From NCBI RefSeq assembly GCF_035546795.1, contig NZ_DASZWC010000065.1, positions 15,978-79,977 on the forward strand: a DNA stretch of 64,000 nt. The letters run 5' to 3'. The notes below the pieces were generated by a model that made no database searches, had not been told where the DNA came from, and worked only from the letters and a program-made list of their open reading frames with translations. The DNA is from Amycolatopsis sp. (GTDB lineage Bacteria; Actinomycetota; Actinomycetes; Mycobacteriales; Pseudonocardiaceae). Shown one piece after another: positions 1-9,768 of this stretch (the stretch's first letter is position 1; every line of letters begins with the position of its first letter). Made by a program: the position numbers and the translations under genes.

Positions 1-1103
1 GACTCGGCGGCGGTGGCGAGTTCCCGCACCTTGGCAAGGAAACCGGGCATCTCCGAGCGGGGCACCACCACGTCGATCACGTCGTCCGCACCCGCGGATT
101 TCGCCGTCCAGAACGCCTTTTCCCGCGCTTCGATGAGCTTGCGGGCAGAACCACCGTCGAGCACGTAGACATCCGCGGCGCCCAGTTCGCCGAGCAGCTC
201 CCCGGCCCGCTGCACGTCGCCGTCGAGCCGGTCGCCGTCGCGATTTTCCAGGCCCACCACGAGATACGCCTGTGTCGCGTCGCGGATCTCGTCCGGGACG
301 CCGAGCGACAGCTTCTCGTTGTAGCTGATCGCGGCCATCGTCAGGTTGTCGATGTACTCCAGGATGTTCGGTCCGAGCCCGCTGGCGATCACCTTCGGGA
401 CGGCGCGCATCACCTGGTCGAGGTCGTTGAACGGGGCCAGCAGGGTGGCCGAATGCGCCAGCCGCGGATACAGCTTGACGATCACCTCGGTGGCCAGCGC
501 GAGGGTGCCTTCGGAGCCGATGATCAGCTGTGTGAGGTCGTACCCGGTGGAGATCTTGGACGTCTTCCCGCCGGTGCGGATGATCTCGCCGGTGGGCAGA
601 ACCGCTTGCAGGCCAACGACATTGTTGCGGGTGACGCCGTATTTGACGGCGCGCATCCCGCCCGCGTTGGTGCCGACGTTGCCGCCGACGCTCGCGCTCA
701 GCTCACCCGGGTACACGGTGTACGCGAGGCCCGCGGCGGCTGTCTTCTCGTCGAGTTCGGTCAGCGTGACGCCGGGCTGGACCACCGCGACCTGGTTGTC
801 GACGTCGACTTCGAGCACCGAGTTCATGCGCTCGAAGGAGATCAGCAGGCCGTCCTCGCGCGGGCGCGCGGCGCCGGAAAGGCCGCTGCCGGAACCCCGT
901 GCGGTGACCGGGATGTGCTGCTCGGCCGCCGTGGTGAGCAGCGCCGCGACTTCCTCGGCGCTGCCGGGTTTGGCCACGTAGGCCGGTTTGCTCGGTTCGC
1001 AGGTGAGCGCTTCGTCTCGCGCGTAGTCCTCGCCGACCTGCGTGCCCGTGAGCAGGTTGCGCTCGCCGACGATCTCGGCGAAGCGTGCCGCGACGTCTCC
1101 CAT
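1..1103 (-). CDS. FAD-binding oxidoreductase, glycolate oxidase GlcD/D-lactate dehydrogenase family (runs off left edge)
   Basis: Manual translation from ATG at 1103: MGDVAARFAEIVGERNLLTG...VTARGSGSGLSGAA...ASVGGNVGTNAGGMRAVKYGVTRNNVVGL...GYDLTQLIIGSEGTLA, typical FAD_binding_4 motifs. Not in the ORF track because its stop lies outside the window. Confidence 0.85.
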   Translation of the reverse strand, partial: MGDVAARFAEIVGERNLLTGTQVGEDYARDEALTCEPSKPAYVAKPGSAEEVAALLTTAAEQHIPVTARGSGSGLSGAARPREDGLLISFERMNSVLEVDVDNQVAVVQPGVTLTELDEKTAAAGLAYTVYPGELSASVGGNVGTNAGGMRAVKYGVTRNNVVGLQAVLPTGEIIRTGGKTSKISTGYDLTQLIIGSEGTLALATEVIVKLYPRLAHSATLLAPFNDLDQVMRAVPKVIASGLGPNILEYIDNLTMAAISYNEKLSLGVPDEIRDATQAYLVVGLENRDGDRLDGDVQRAGELLGELGAADVYVLDGGSARKLIEAREKAFWTAKSAGADDVIDVVVPRSEMPGFLAKVRELATAAE

Positions 1104-1185
1104 GACTCGCCTTTCCGTCCTCGCTTGTGGGCAGCGTAGTACGGACGATACCGGCTAGGTCATGAAGATGTTTCACGTCTAGCGG

Positions 1186-1252
1186 GAGCGCGGGTGTCGC
1201 CACCCGCGCTCGGGGTTTGCGGGGCCGGCCCGCGCCAACGTTCCGGCCCCGC
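1186..1252. terminator. Two GC-rich hairpins (probable terminator of the small ORF at 1284-1376)
   Basis: GAGCGCGGGTG-tcgc-CACCCGCGCTC (1186-1211) and GCGGGGCCGG...CCGGCCCCGC (about 1219-1252). Confidence 0.55.
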
Positions 1253-1283
1253 GGAACTCATCTCGATGCTATTCGCGGATGGA

Positions 1284-1376
1284 TCAGACCAGCCAGCCGA
1301 TGAAGTGGGCCAAAGCCGCGACGGCGTGGGTCAGAATGTCGTGGGCGTGGTGGAAGTGCGCGGAAAACGCGTGCAT
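1284..1376 (-). CDS. Small 30-aa His-rich hydrophobic peptide MHAFSAHFHHAHDILTHAVAALAHFIGWLV
   Basis: AAGGGAG SD 7 nt before the ATG, GC-rich third codon positions, hairpins downstream. Below the ORF-track size cutoff. Confidence 0.6.
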   Translation of the reverse strand: MHAFSAHFHHAHDILTHAVAALAHFIGWLV

Positions 1377-1753
1377 GGAGAGGCTCCCTTACGGATTCGA
1401 AATGTGCGATTCTGCCTGCTTTCGAAAGCGAGGAGGAGATTTCCATCGAAACGGATCGGCTGTCAACGAGCATTCGCCGCAGGGGTCACGCACGCCGTTG
1501 GGCGAAGAAATCCCATCAGCTTAAACACGTGACCCTTTCGGGTTTTGTGGAGGGGGTTGCACCGGTTCGGGTGTCGACCAGTAGTAGTCCTCTGTGGACG
1601 GCCGACGTGGGACGATGACGATCTTGATGCGGCATCCGGGCGCCGCGCCCTCCCGATCGGGTGAAAGCGTTGCCACGATTGGTGAACTCGTGGATACCAC
1701 GCGAACGGGTGACGGGAACCTCGCCGAGGCTCCCGTCACCCGCGTGCTCGACG

Positions 1754-2254
1754 TCACTCCGCCCTGGCGAACGAGAGGGTCTCGCCCTCCACGCCGCGCA
1801 GCCAGAGGTCCTGCGCGGCGGCCGCCATTTCGGGCAGGCCTTCCACGATCGTGGCGAAAACGTTACCGGGAACCCAGCCCGCGTCCCCGTTGATCAGCAA
1901 ATTGTTCCGGCCGTAGAAGATCGCCAGATCGGTCGCGCCCTGATCGCCGTGCGCCTCGCTGGAATCCTCGTACCCATAAGCCGGGTTTCCGATTTCCCAT
2001 GCTTCGAAACCGAAATAGCAGACGTCGCCGGGAATGGGCGTGATGGTCGGATTCTCCCGCCCCGGTTTCGGGTCCGCGAATGGCGGGACCAGCGTGTACA
2101 CTTCGTTCCGCGCGTATTTCGCGTGATAGGCCGAGCCGCTTTGCGGGAGCGCGTTCCACACCGCCTGGCAGGTGCGGGGCGCCTCCTGGTCGAGCAGCAC
2201 GGCACGGCAGGAAACGCCGCGCTTGTCGAGGCTGATGGTGATGTAGCGGGCCAA
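1754..2254 (-). CDS. DUF3830 family protein (cyclophilin-like fold)
   Basis: LLDQEAPRTCQAVWNALP...HAKYARNEVY...ENPTITPIPGDV...DLAIFYGRNNLL pattern; directly downstream of the aminotransferase. Confidence 0.8.
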   Translation of the reverse strand: MARYITISLDKRGVSCRAVLLDQEAPRTCQAVWNALPQSGSAYHAKYARNEVYTLVPPFADPKPGRENPTITPIPGDVCYFGFEAWEIGNPAYGYEDSSEAHGDQGATDLAIFYGRNNLLINGDAGWVPGNVFATIVEGLPEMAAAAQDLWLRGVEGETLSFARAE

Positions 2255-2267
2255 GGAAGTCGTCCTT

Positions 2268-3524
2268 TCAGCTCTTGGTCACTGCGGAGACGGTGTCCGC
2301 CCAGATGCGCAGCGCGTCGTCGATCTGCTCGGCGGTCACCACGAGCGGCGGGATCATCCGGACCACGTTCATGTACGCGCCACAGGTCAGCATCAGCAGC
2401 CCGCGCTTCGCCGCCTCCTGCTGTGCGGCCTGCGCCGTCGCGTTGTCCGGCTTGCCGTCCGCGGTGGTGAACTCGGAGCCGACGAGCAGGCCGAGCCCGC
2501 GCACGTCGCCGATCTCCGGAGTCTTGTCGCCGATCAGGCGGGCGCCTTCGAGCAGCTGCCGGCCGCGGGCGGCCGCGTTGGCGACCAGGCCCTCTTCCTC
2601 GATCACTTCGAGGGTGGCCAGCGCCGCCGCGCACGAGACGGCGTTGCCGCCGTAGGTGCCGCCCTGCGAACCGGGGAACGCCTTGGCCATCAGCTCCTTG
2701 GACGCGGCGATACCCGACAGCGGGAAGCCGCTGGCCAGGCCCTTGGCGATGGCCACCACGTCGGGCCGGACATCGAAGTGGTCGTGGCCCCAGAACTTCC
2801 CGGTGCGGCCGAACCCCGTCTGGATTTCGTCCAGCACGAGCAGGATCCCGTGCTCGTCGGCCCGCTGCCGCAGGCCCTGCAGGAACTCGGTGTTCGCCGG
2901 CACGTAGCCGCCCTCACCGAGCACCGGCTCCACGAAGAAGGCCGCGATCTCGTTGGGGGCGCTGAGGGTCGCGAACAGGTAGTCCAGCTCGCGCAGCGCG
3001 AACTTCGTGGCGGTTTGCTCATCCCAGCCGTAGTGGTAGGCGTAGGGGAAGGGCGCGACGTGCACCCCGGACATCAGCGGCGAGATGCCGGCGCTGAACC
3101 GCGTGCCGGAGGTGGTCATCGTGGCGGTGGCGACGGTGCGGCCGTGGAACCCGCCCTGGAAGACGACCACGTTCGGCCTGCCGGTGGCCTGGCGGGACAG
3201 CCGCAGCGCGGCCTCGATCGCCTCGCTGCCGGAGTTGGCGAAGAACAGCGAGTCCAGGCCGGTGGGCAGTACGTCGCCCAGCTTTTCGGTCAGCTTGAGC
3301 AGCGGCTGGTGCATGACCGTCGTGTACTGGCCGTGGATGAGCTTGCCGACCTGCTCCTGCGCGGCGCGCACCACCTTGGGGTGGCAGTGGCCGGTGGAGG
3401 TCACCCCGATGCCGGCGGTGAAGTCGAGGTGGCGGTTGCCGTCGACGTCGTAGAGGTAGGCGCCTTCGCCGTGGTCGACGACGACCGGCGTCGCTTGCTT
3501 GAGCAGGGGTGACAGCTGCGCCAT
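2268..3524 (-). CDS. Class III PLP aminotransferase (4-aminobutyrate aminotransferase-like)
   Basis: Start MAQLSPLLKQ at 3524; motifs NSGSEAIEAA, FHGRT, EPVLGEGG, DEIQTGFGRTG, AKGLASG, GGTYGGN. Confidence 0.9.
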   Translation of the reverse strand: MAQLSPLLKQATPVVVDHGEGAYLYDVDGNRHLDFTAGIGVTSTGHCHPKVVRAAQEQVGKLIHGQYTTVMHQPLLKLTEKLGDVLPTGLDSLFFANSGSEAIEAALRLSRQATGRPNVVVFQGGFHGRTVATATMTTSGTRFSAGISPLMSGVHVAPFPYAYHYGWDEQTATKFALRELDYLFATLSAPNEIAAFFVEPVLGEGGYVPANTEFLQGLRQRADEHGILLVLDEIQTGFGRTGKFWGHDHFDVRPDVVAIAKGLASGFPLSGIAASKELMAKAFPGSQGGTYGGNAVSCAAALATLEVIEEEGLVANAAARGRQLLEGARLIGDKTPEIGDVRGLGLLVGSEFTTADGKPDNATAQAAQQEAAKRGLLMLTCGAYMNVVRMIPPLVVTAEQIDDALRIWADTVSAVTKS

Positions 3525-3549
3525 CGGTACGCTCCTAGCGAGGTTGTAG

Positions 3550-3561
3550 ATTGTTGACAAT
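3550..3561. promoter_or_regulatory. GntR/FadR-type operator ATTGTTGACAAT in divergent promoter region
   Basis: Near-palindrome; the identical 12-mer recurs at 12313-12324 and 47806-47817, with a variant at 11508-11517. Confidence 0.65.
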
Positions 3562-3608
3562 ATGCATAGCATGGACCCCGGAGCGGTGCAATGACAAGGA
3601 GGGCGAGC

Positions 3609-5063
3609 GTGAGCGAGACCAGCGTGGTCGAGTCCGTGGACAAGGACCTGTTCATCGGCGGGAAGTGGGTGCAGGCCACGGGTGGCCGCACGTTCGCGGT
3701 GGAGGATCCCGCGACCGGTGAGGTGCTGTGCCAGGTCGCCGACGCGACCCCGCAGGACGGGCTGGCCGCGCTCGACGCCGCCGTTGCCGCGCAGCAGGAA
3801 TGGGCCGCCACGGCCCCGCGCGAGCGCAGCGAAATCCTGCGCCGCGCCTATGAACTCCTGAACGCGCGCAACGAAGATCTCGCGCTGGTGATGACGCTGG
3901 AGATGGGCAAGCCGCTGGCCGAGGCGCGCGGCGAGATCTCCTACGCCGCCGAGTTCTTCCGCTGGTTCTCCGAGGAGGCCGTCCGGATCGATGGTGGCTA
4001 CCAGACCGCGCCCAACGGCGCCGGCCGTTTCCTCGTCACCAAGCAGCCGGTCGGGCCGACGCTGCTGATCACGCCGTGGAACTTCCCGATGGCCATGGGC
4101 GGGCGCAAGATCGGCCCGGCGATCGCCGCGGGCTGCACGATGGTGATCAAGCCCGCCGAGCAGACCCCACTGTCGATGCTGGCGCTGGCCGCGATTCTCG
4201 TCGAGGCCGGGCTGCCCGCCGGGGTGCTGAACGTGGTCACCACAAGCAACCCCGGTGGCGTCATGGAGCCGCTGATCAGGGACGGCCGGGCACGCAAGCT
4301 GTCGTTCACCGGCTCGACCGCGGTCGGCCGCAAACTGTTGGAGCAGTGCGCGGACAAGGTGCTGCGCACGTCGATGGAGCTCGGTGGCAACGCGCCGTTC
4401 GTGGTCTTCGACGACGCGGATCTGGATGCGGCCATCGAGGGCGCGATGCAGGCGAAGATGCGCAACATCGGCGAGGCGTGCACCGCGGCGAACCGGTTCT
4501 ACGTGCAGCGCGGCGTCGCGGACGAGTTCGCCCGCCGGCTCACCGAGCGGATGTCCGCGCTGCCGCTGGGCCGTGGCACCGAGCCGGGTGTCGTGGTGGG
4601 CCCGCTGATCGACACCGACGCGGTGGAGAAGGTGAAGACCCTCGTGCAGGACGCGGCCGACCGCGGCGCGACCGTGCTGACCGGCGGCGCGACGGTGGAC
4701 GGGCCCGGGAACTTCTACCAGGCCACCGTGATCACCGACGTGCCGCGTGACGCGCGCATGGCCGGCGAGGAGATTTTCGGCCCGGTGGCGCCGATTTCGG
4801 TGTTCGACACCGAGGACGAGGCCGTCGCCGCGGCGAACGACACCGAGTACGGGCTGGTCAGCTACGTGTTCACGAACGACCTCAAGCGGGCGCTGCGGGT
4901 CTCGGAGAACCTGGAGGCCGGGATGATCGGGCTGAACCAGGGCATCGTGTCCAACCCGGCGGCGCCGTTCGGCGGGGTCAAGCAGTCCGGGCTCGGGCGT
5001 GAGGGTGGCGCCGTGGGCATCGACGAGTTCCTGGAGATCAAGTACATCGCGGTCGCACTGTGA
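3609..5063 (+). CDS. gabD: NAD(P)-dependent succinate-semialdehyde dehydrogenase
   Basis: AAGGAGG SD before GTG; ITPWNFP, SFTGST, MELGGNAP, GEACTAANR, EEIFGP, PFGGVKQSGLGREG motifs. Confidence 0.88.
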   Translation: MSETSVVESVDKDLFIGGKWVQATGGRTFAVEDPATGEVLCQVADATPQDGLAALDAAVAAQQEWAATAPRERSEILRRAYELLNARNEDLALVMTLEMGKPLAEARGEISYAAEFFRWFSEEAVRIDGGYQTAPNGAGRFLVTKQPVGPTLLITPWNFPMAMGGRKIGPAIAAGCTMVIKPAEQTPLSMLALAAILVEAGLPAGVLNVVTTSNPGGVMEPLIRDGRARKLSFTGSTAVGRKLLEQCADKVLRTSMELGGNAPFVVFDDADLDAAIEGAMQAKMRNIGEACTAANRFYVQRGVADEFARRLTERMSALPLGRGTEPGVVVGPLIDTDAVEKVKTLVQDAADRGATVLTGGATVDGPGNFYQATVITDVPRDARMAGEEIFGPVAPISVFDTEDEAVAAANDTEYGLVSYVFTNDLKRALRVSENLEAGMIGLNQGIVSNPAAPFGGVKQSGLGREGGAVGIDEFLEIKYIAVAL

Positions 5064-5752
5064 CGGACTGACGGATCGCGTCCATCCCCGGTGACGGCGT
5101 CGGGGTGGTCGTGGTCGTCGAGGCGCGGAAGGTGCTCGCCGGTCGCGCGGCCGACGAGCACCGAGGTGGTGATCGTGCGGGAGAACTCGGAGGGTGAGTA
5201 GTCGCGGATCGGTGGCAGGCACGAGGATTTCGCGCTGCTGGAGTCGGTGTTCACCCGGACCGGGGTGGAGCGGATCAGCCACACGATGCCGTTCTGGGAC
5301 GAGATCTTCGCCGAGATGGCACTGTCCACAGTGAACAGTGCCATCTCGGCGCGCCGGCGGCGAGGACGGTGCGGCAGCCGGACCGGATCGACGTGGAGGT
5401 CGCATCCAACCTGTTCGGTGACATCCGGAGCGATCTGGCCGCGGCGGTCACCGGCGGGCTGGGCATGGCGCCGTCCGGCAACATCAACCCGCCGGGCGAG
5501 CACCCGTCCATGTTCGAAGCGGTGCACGGCAGCGCCCCGGACATCGCGCGCCATGGCATCGCGAACCCGGTGGCCCAGATCCTCGCGGGCGCGATGATGC
5601 TGACCCAGCTCGGTGAGACCGCCGCGAGCGCGGTTTCGCTTGCGGTGGAACGGGTTCTGGCCGACGGCATGGTGGCGGCCCCGGACCTCGGCGGCAAGTC
5701 GACGACCAGCGAACTGAGGGACGCCGGCGTGGCCGCGCTCGGCACGCGATAA
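5060..5752 (+). pseudogene. Degraded tartrate dehydrogenase / isocitrate-isopropylmalate dehydrogenase family gene
   Basis: GTG overlaps the gabD stop. Fragments RIASIPGDGVG, VVIVRENSEGE*SRIGGR, ESVFTRTGVERI, HTMPFWDE, SNLFGDI..DL, SMFEAVHGSAPDIA..GIANP. In-frame stops at 5069-5071 and 5199-5201, frame changes and large deletions. Confidence 0.85.
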
Positions 5753-5821
5753 CTCCGTTCCGGCGGAAGACGCATGTTCCGGCGCCGGGCGGGGCATCTC
5801 TTCTCGCGAGGAGGAGATGCC

Positions 5822-6206
5822 ATGAAGCTGCTCGGCTGGGGTCGGCGTTGCAGCGGCAGATCGGCCTGCGTGCCGGAGTGACGACACTCGGCGCGACGAC
5901 GGCGTGGACACTCGCGCGCCTCACCGGCCCCGGCCGTCGGGCTAGCACAGTCGCGCTGGCCGGATTGGTCGGCACGCTGCTCGCCCAGACCCTGCTGACC
6001 GGCGGTGGGACCGTTCGACGCTGGCCGCCGCCGTGCTCGCTCTCGTGATCCGGACTCCGGGCGTGAGCGGGTTCTTCGGCTGCACCCCGGTGGGCCCGGT
6101 CGGCTGGACGATCGCACTCGGCTCGGCCACGTCGTCGTCGCTGCTGGGCGCGTTGTTCGAGCGGCGGTGGCTTCAGGAAGACGGAGAGGAGCGCAGCTCG
6201 AACTGA
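5822..6206 (+). pseudogene. Remnant of a large cation-transporting P-type ATPase (CtpH/CtpI-like), mostly the C-terminus
   Basis: GAGGAG SD and ATG (MKLLGWGRR), followed in shifted frames by ATTAWTLARLTG..RRASTVAL..LVGTLLAQTL and IRTPGVSGFFGCTPVGPVGW, resembling actinobacterial CtpI C-terminal helices. No catalytic core. Confidence 0.6.
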
Positions 6207-8338
6207 CGCAGGCTGTATCCGGCGTACTGGTAGAGCTGCCCTCTCGTAGGGTGGATCGGACCGAGTTCGGCCATGGCGCGCACGTAGCCGTAGAAAAGGT
6301 TGTTCCCCGCCGCGGCCGCACGGAGGGTGCGCGCAAGCGCGGCTTCTTCGCCACCCCGTTTTTCCATCGCCTCGAGAATCGCCTCGAAGTAGCGCGGATG
6401 GCCCTGTTCGTAGCGGTTCGGATCCCCACTGGGCCCGTTGCGGCTGCCCAAACCCGCGTGTTGTCCCTTCGCCTCGATCACCACGTAGCTCTTCGCCCCG
6501 TCCGGGCCGGTCCATTCGTAGACCAGGTCGAACCGGCCCGCTCCCGCGAACCGGAGATCGTTCAGCAACCGGAAATCCCCGCCCCACCGGCGAAGCATGT
6601 CCACCGCCGCGTGCTGCCCGGCCAGCTCGCCGAACGCCTCGCCCATCGCCGTCCGGACGAGCACGAAAGCGCTCTGGTCCGCTCGGCTGAACTGCTGGAC
6701 GTTCCACCGGGAGTTCGGGTTCGGCTTCCCCTGGGACGCGGCGACCAGGTCGCGGGCGAGGGACCGGCCGCCGTGTTCCTTGCCCGCCAGCACGTCGGCG
6801 AGCCATTTCCGGTCCTCGGCCAGGCTTTCCCTGGTGCCCTGGAATTCCGGCCGGATCTGGAACCGCGCCCGCACCGTCTCGCGCACGGCGGGTTTGAGCC
6901 GGAACAGGCCATCCGTGCCGCGCTCGATCGCCGGCACGGGGAAGCCGAGGAAGTTCATTTTCTCGTAGTTCTTCTTGCGCTGGACCGGCGTGCGGTTTTG
7001 GTAGAACTGCTCGAACAACTTCTGGTTACCGGCGTTCAGCTCGCTGATCAGGAAGTCGCAGGCCTGCTTTGCCGCTTCGTTCGTCGCATAGGCGAACTGT
7101 TGCTTCGCAAGCTCGGTGACCTGGCCGAGCGGCATTCCGTTCCGGGCGGCGTCGGCGGCCACCTGGTCGAGTTCGGTCGCGGTTTCGGTGAGCTGCTGGG
7201 CGTAGTCCGAGCCCAGAGGTGCTTGCCGGGCCAGCGCGCGCGCGTGCGCCGCGAGGTTTCGCACCTCGGCGACCGGAGCGGGAACCGCTACCGGAGCCTG
7301 CTGTTGCGCGATGGCTTGCGCGGGAGCCGGGTGCGGCGCCGCAGCTTGGATGTGCGTGGCCGCGTCGTGGGTGGCCTGGGTGAGTTGTCGTGCGGCGCCG
7401 ACGGCCTGCGGCACCGATTGCGCGTTCTGCAAAGCCGTAGCGGCTTGGGTGGCGGCCTGTGCGGCTTGTGTCGTCCGCGCGGCGGCGGGGGCCGTCCGCT
7501 GTGCGACGCTCTTGGCGTTGTTCGCCGCTTGACGGGCGTTCCGGGCCTGGTCCCCGGCCCGGGCCGCGCGCTGCTGGAGGTCGTGGGCCTTCCGGGTCAA
7601 CTCGGGTTTCGGCGTACCCGCGTCGTGCTGTGCGCCGGCTTCGGCCCACGCCTGGTCTGCCCGGGCTTGCGCTCCCGCGGCCGCCGCTTCTTGTTGCTGG
7701 GCAGTGCTTTCAGCTTGTTGCGCCGCTGCTTGCGCGTGCTGGTCCGCTGCCTGGGCGTGTTGTGCGGCTTGCCCAGTGGCGGTGGCCGCGCGCTGTGCCT
7801 GTCGTTTCGCCGGCGCCGACTCGTTTTGCGCCGCCGCCGCGCTTGCTTCCCAGGCGAACTGTTCGGCCTGGAAAATCCGCGCCTGCGCTGCCTGGAGTTC
7901 CGGGGCGACGAGCGGTACGGCGGGAGGCGGCGCAACGGTGGCCTCCGCCGCGACTTCCTCGGCGACCGTCTCTTCTTCGGCCAACTCCTGACCGAGCGTG
8001 GCCTCTTGGGCTATCGCCGTTTCCGCTACGGCGGTCTCCTCGGCGAGTTCCGCCAAGGCCATCTCTTCCAGCGCCGCCAGCTCAGGCGTTGCCGCGGCCG
8101 ACAGTGCTTGGAACAGGTTGAACAGTGCCGGCGCGGCCGCCCCGCCGGCCAGCACCCCGCCCACCACCAGCATTCCCACCAACGGCGAAGCCGTCGAGCA
8201 GGCCGCGCCCACGGACGGCAGCCCGGTCTGGTAGCTCACCTTCGTGCAAGCCGACGCCTGAGGTGCGTTGCCGAGCAGGAAGAACATCGCGCACACGCCG
8301 ATTGCGAACGCGCGCGCAGCCAGGTCACGGAGGGTCAT
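6173..8338 (-). CDS. Membrane-anchored protein: signal peptide, TM helix, Ala/Gln-rich coiled coil and C-terminal PD-(D/E)xK restriction-endonuclease-like (polymorphic toxin-like) domain
   Basis: Signal peptide ending ...APQASA; TM segment LVGMLVVGGVLAGG; C-terminal GEAFGE...GRFDLVY...YVVIEAKG...LGSR...YEQGHPRY. ATGA-coupled to the PrsW gene. Confidence 0.7.
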   Translation of the reverse strand: MTLRDLAARAFAIGVCAMFFLLGNAPQASACTKVSYQTGLPSVGAACSTASPLVGMLVVGGVLAGGAAAPALFNLFQALSAAATPELAALEEMALAELAEETAVAETAIAQEATLGQELAEEETVAEEVAAEATVAPPPAVPLVAPELQAAQARIFQAEQFAWEASAAAAQNESAPAKRQAQRAATATGQAAQHAQAADQHAQAAAQQAESTAQQQEAAAAGAQARADQAWAEAGAQHDAGTPKPELTRKAHDLQQRAARAGDQARNARQAANNAKSVAQRTAPAAARTTQAAQAATQAATALQNAQSVPQAVGAARQLTQATHDAATHIQAAAPHPAPAQAIAQQQAPVAVPAPVAEVRNLAAHARALARQAPLGSDYAQQLTETATELDQVAADAARNGMPLGQVTELAKQQFAYATNEAAKQACDFLISELNAGNQKLFEQFYQNRTPVQRKKNYEKMNFLGFPVPAIERGTDGLFRLKPAVRETVRARFQIRPEFQGTRESLAEDRKWLADVLAGKEHGGRSLARDLVAASQGKPNPNSRWNVQQFSRADQSAFVLVRTAMGEAFGELAGQHAAVDMLRRWGGDFRLLNDLRFAGAGRFDLVYEWTGPDGAKSYVVIEAKGQHAGLGSRNGPSGDPNRYEQGHPRYFEAILEAMEKRGGEEAALARTLRAAAAGNNLFYGYVRAMAELGPIHPTRGQLYQYAGYSLRQFELRSSPSS

Positions 8339-9768
8339 ACCGGCACCCTCATCGGCACCGAAGGTGCTTGTCGCAGCTGGGGTTTCCGCGCTCTGATCCG
8401 CAGCACCCGTTGCCGGAGTTCAGTTTCGTCGGGCGAGTGCACAGCTACCTCTCCCCGTGACCGGTGCCAGCGTTGGAGGCCGAGATCCAGCTGCGCGTTG
8501 TGCAGTCTGGTGAAGTAGCGATAGGCGCCGAAACCCGCGCGCCGCCACGCCTTGATCCGGAAGATGAACCGGCGCCGCGGGCTGAGCAGCAGCGCGACCT
8601 CGTTCGGCCGTACGGCACCGAACGGGGTCCTGGCCTCGGCGGGCAGTTCCTGTGCCAGCGCGGCCGCCATCGTGCGGGAACCCTTGCGCAGCAACAAAAC
8701 ATACAGCAGCACGGCAGGCCCGGACGTGATGATGATGGTGAGTGGCATCGCGACGAGCGTGTCGAGCCACTGGTTGTCCCCGGCCCAGGAGTCGGTGAAC
8801 CTGGTGATGTGCGGCAACGCCGAGTCGGTGGCGAAGTGGAAGGCCGCCGCCGCGCCCACCCCGCAGCCGATCACCAGCGCCTTGTCCCGGCGCGCCCGCA
8901 ACTGCCGCGCCACCCCGAACCCGGCGCCGGCCAGCGCCGTGAACGCGACGTGCGCGGCCATCAGCCCGAGCGACTGTCGTTGGTAGTACTGGTAAACCGC
9001 CGCGGTCGCGCCGCCGTGGCTCATGTACAGGATGCTTTCGCTGAAGTTGAACCCGAGCCCGACGGCGGCACCGAGCACGATCCCCGACACGAGTCCGTTG
9101 AAGTACCGCCGGAACACGAAGTAGCCGAGCGCGATCCCGGCCGCCTTGCCGAGTTCCTCGAACACGCCCGCGACCAGCGCGCTCAACGTCATCGCCGCCT
9201 GTTCGGTGCCGTTGATGTCGTTCCAGTCGATCAGGAATCCGGGCGCCGAGTACATCCACCAGCTGTTCATCGAACCCGCGAACCCGGCCGCGACGAAGCC
9301 GCCCCAGCCGAAGCCGGCCAGCAGGATCCGGACCGGCATGCGCCCATAGCGCTGCATCCGGTGGATCGCCCACAGGCCGAGCGCGCTGCTGGGCAGGCAC
9401 GACAGCAACGCCAGCGGGGCCGCCGCGCAGATGGCGGCCGGCAGGATCAGGAACGGCATCACCAACAACGCGGTCACCATCGCGAGGCCGGTCCGCCGCT
9501 GGTGTCCCGCGAGGAGGGGGTCGGGCGTTGCCCGTGCCTGCCAGCGGACCGCGAGCCAGACGACCAGTGCGGCCAGCCAGCTGACCACGACGGCCGCCTT
9601 GGTCACGGTGAACGCGGGCACCTGCGGCAGCGGGATGATCGTCGCGAACCAGTACGGGCTCCGCACTTGCGGGCGCAGCAGGTAGACCAGCCAGCCGAGG
9701 CCGAACACCGCCGACATCCCGCCGAGGATCAGCAGCGCGGCGCGCTGTCTCGTGTCGCGCGGCGTCAC
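8335..9768 (-). CDS. PrsW family intramembrane glutamic protease
   Basis: Multi-TM protein with catalytic motifs GVFEELGK (EExxK), GLGFNFSES (FxxxE), AHVAFT and FHFATD (HxxxD). Confidence 0.85.
   Translation of the reverse strand: MTPRDTRQRAALLILGGMSAVFGLGWLVYLLRPQVRSPYWFATIIPLPQVPAFTVTKAAVVVSWLAALVVWLAVRWQARATPDPLLAGHQRRTGLAMVTALLVMPFLILPAAICAAAPLALLSCLPSSALGLWAIHRMQRYGRMPVRILLAGFGWGGFVAAGFAGSMNSWWMYSAPGFLIDWNDINGTEQAAMTLSALVAGVFEELGKAAGIALGYFVFRRYFNGLVSGIVLGAAVGLGFNFSESILYMSHGGATAAVYQYYQRQSLGLMAAHVAFTALAGAGFGVARQLRARRDKALVIGCGVGAAAAFHFATDSALPHITRFTDSWAGDNQWLDTLVAMPLTIIITSGPAVLLYVLLLRKGSRTMAAALAQELPAEARTPFGAVRPNEVALLLSPRRRFIFRIKAWRRAGFGAYRYFTRLHNAQLDLGLQRWHRSRGEVAVHSPDETELRQRVLRIRARKPQLRQAPSVPMRVPV

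Noticed and set aside
3525-5405. N-terminal extension making the aminotransferase 1045 aa
   Set aside because: Antisense to gabD. The real start is the ATG at 3524 beside the operator.
6005-8518. 837-aa + strand ORF as a possible immunity gene
   Set aside because: Almost entirely antisense to the 721-aa gene, with shadow-ORF composition.
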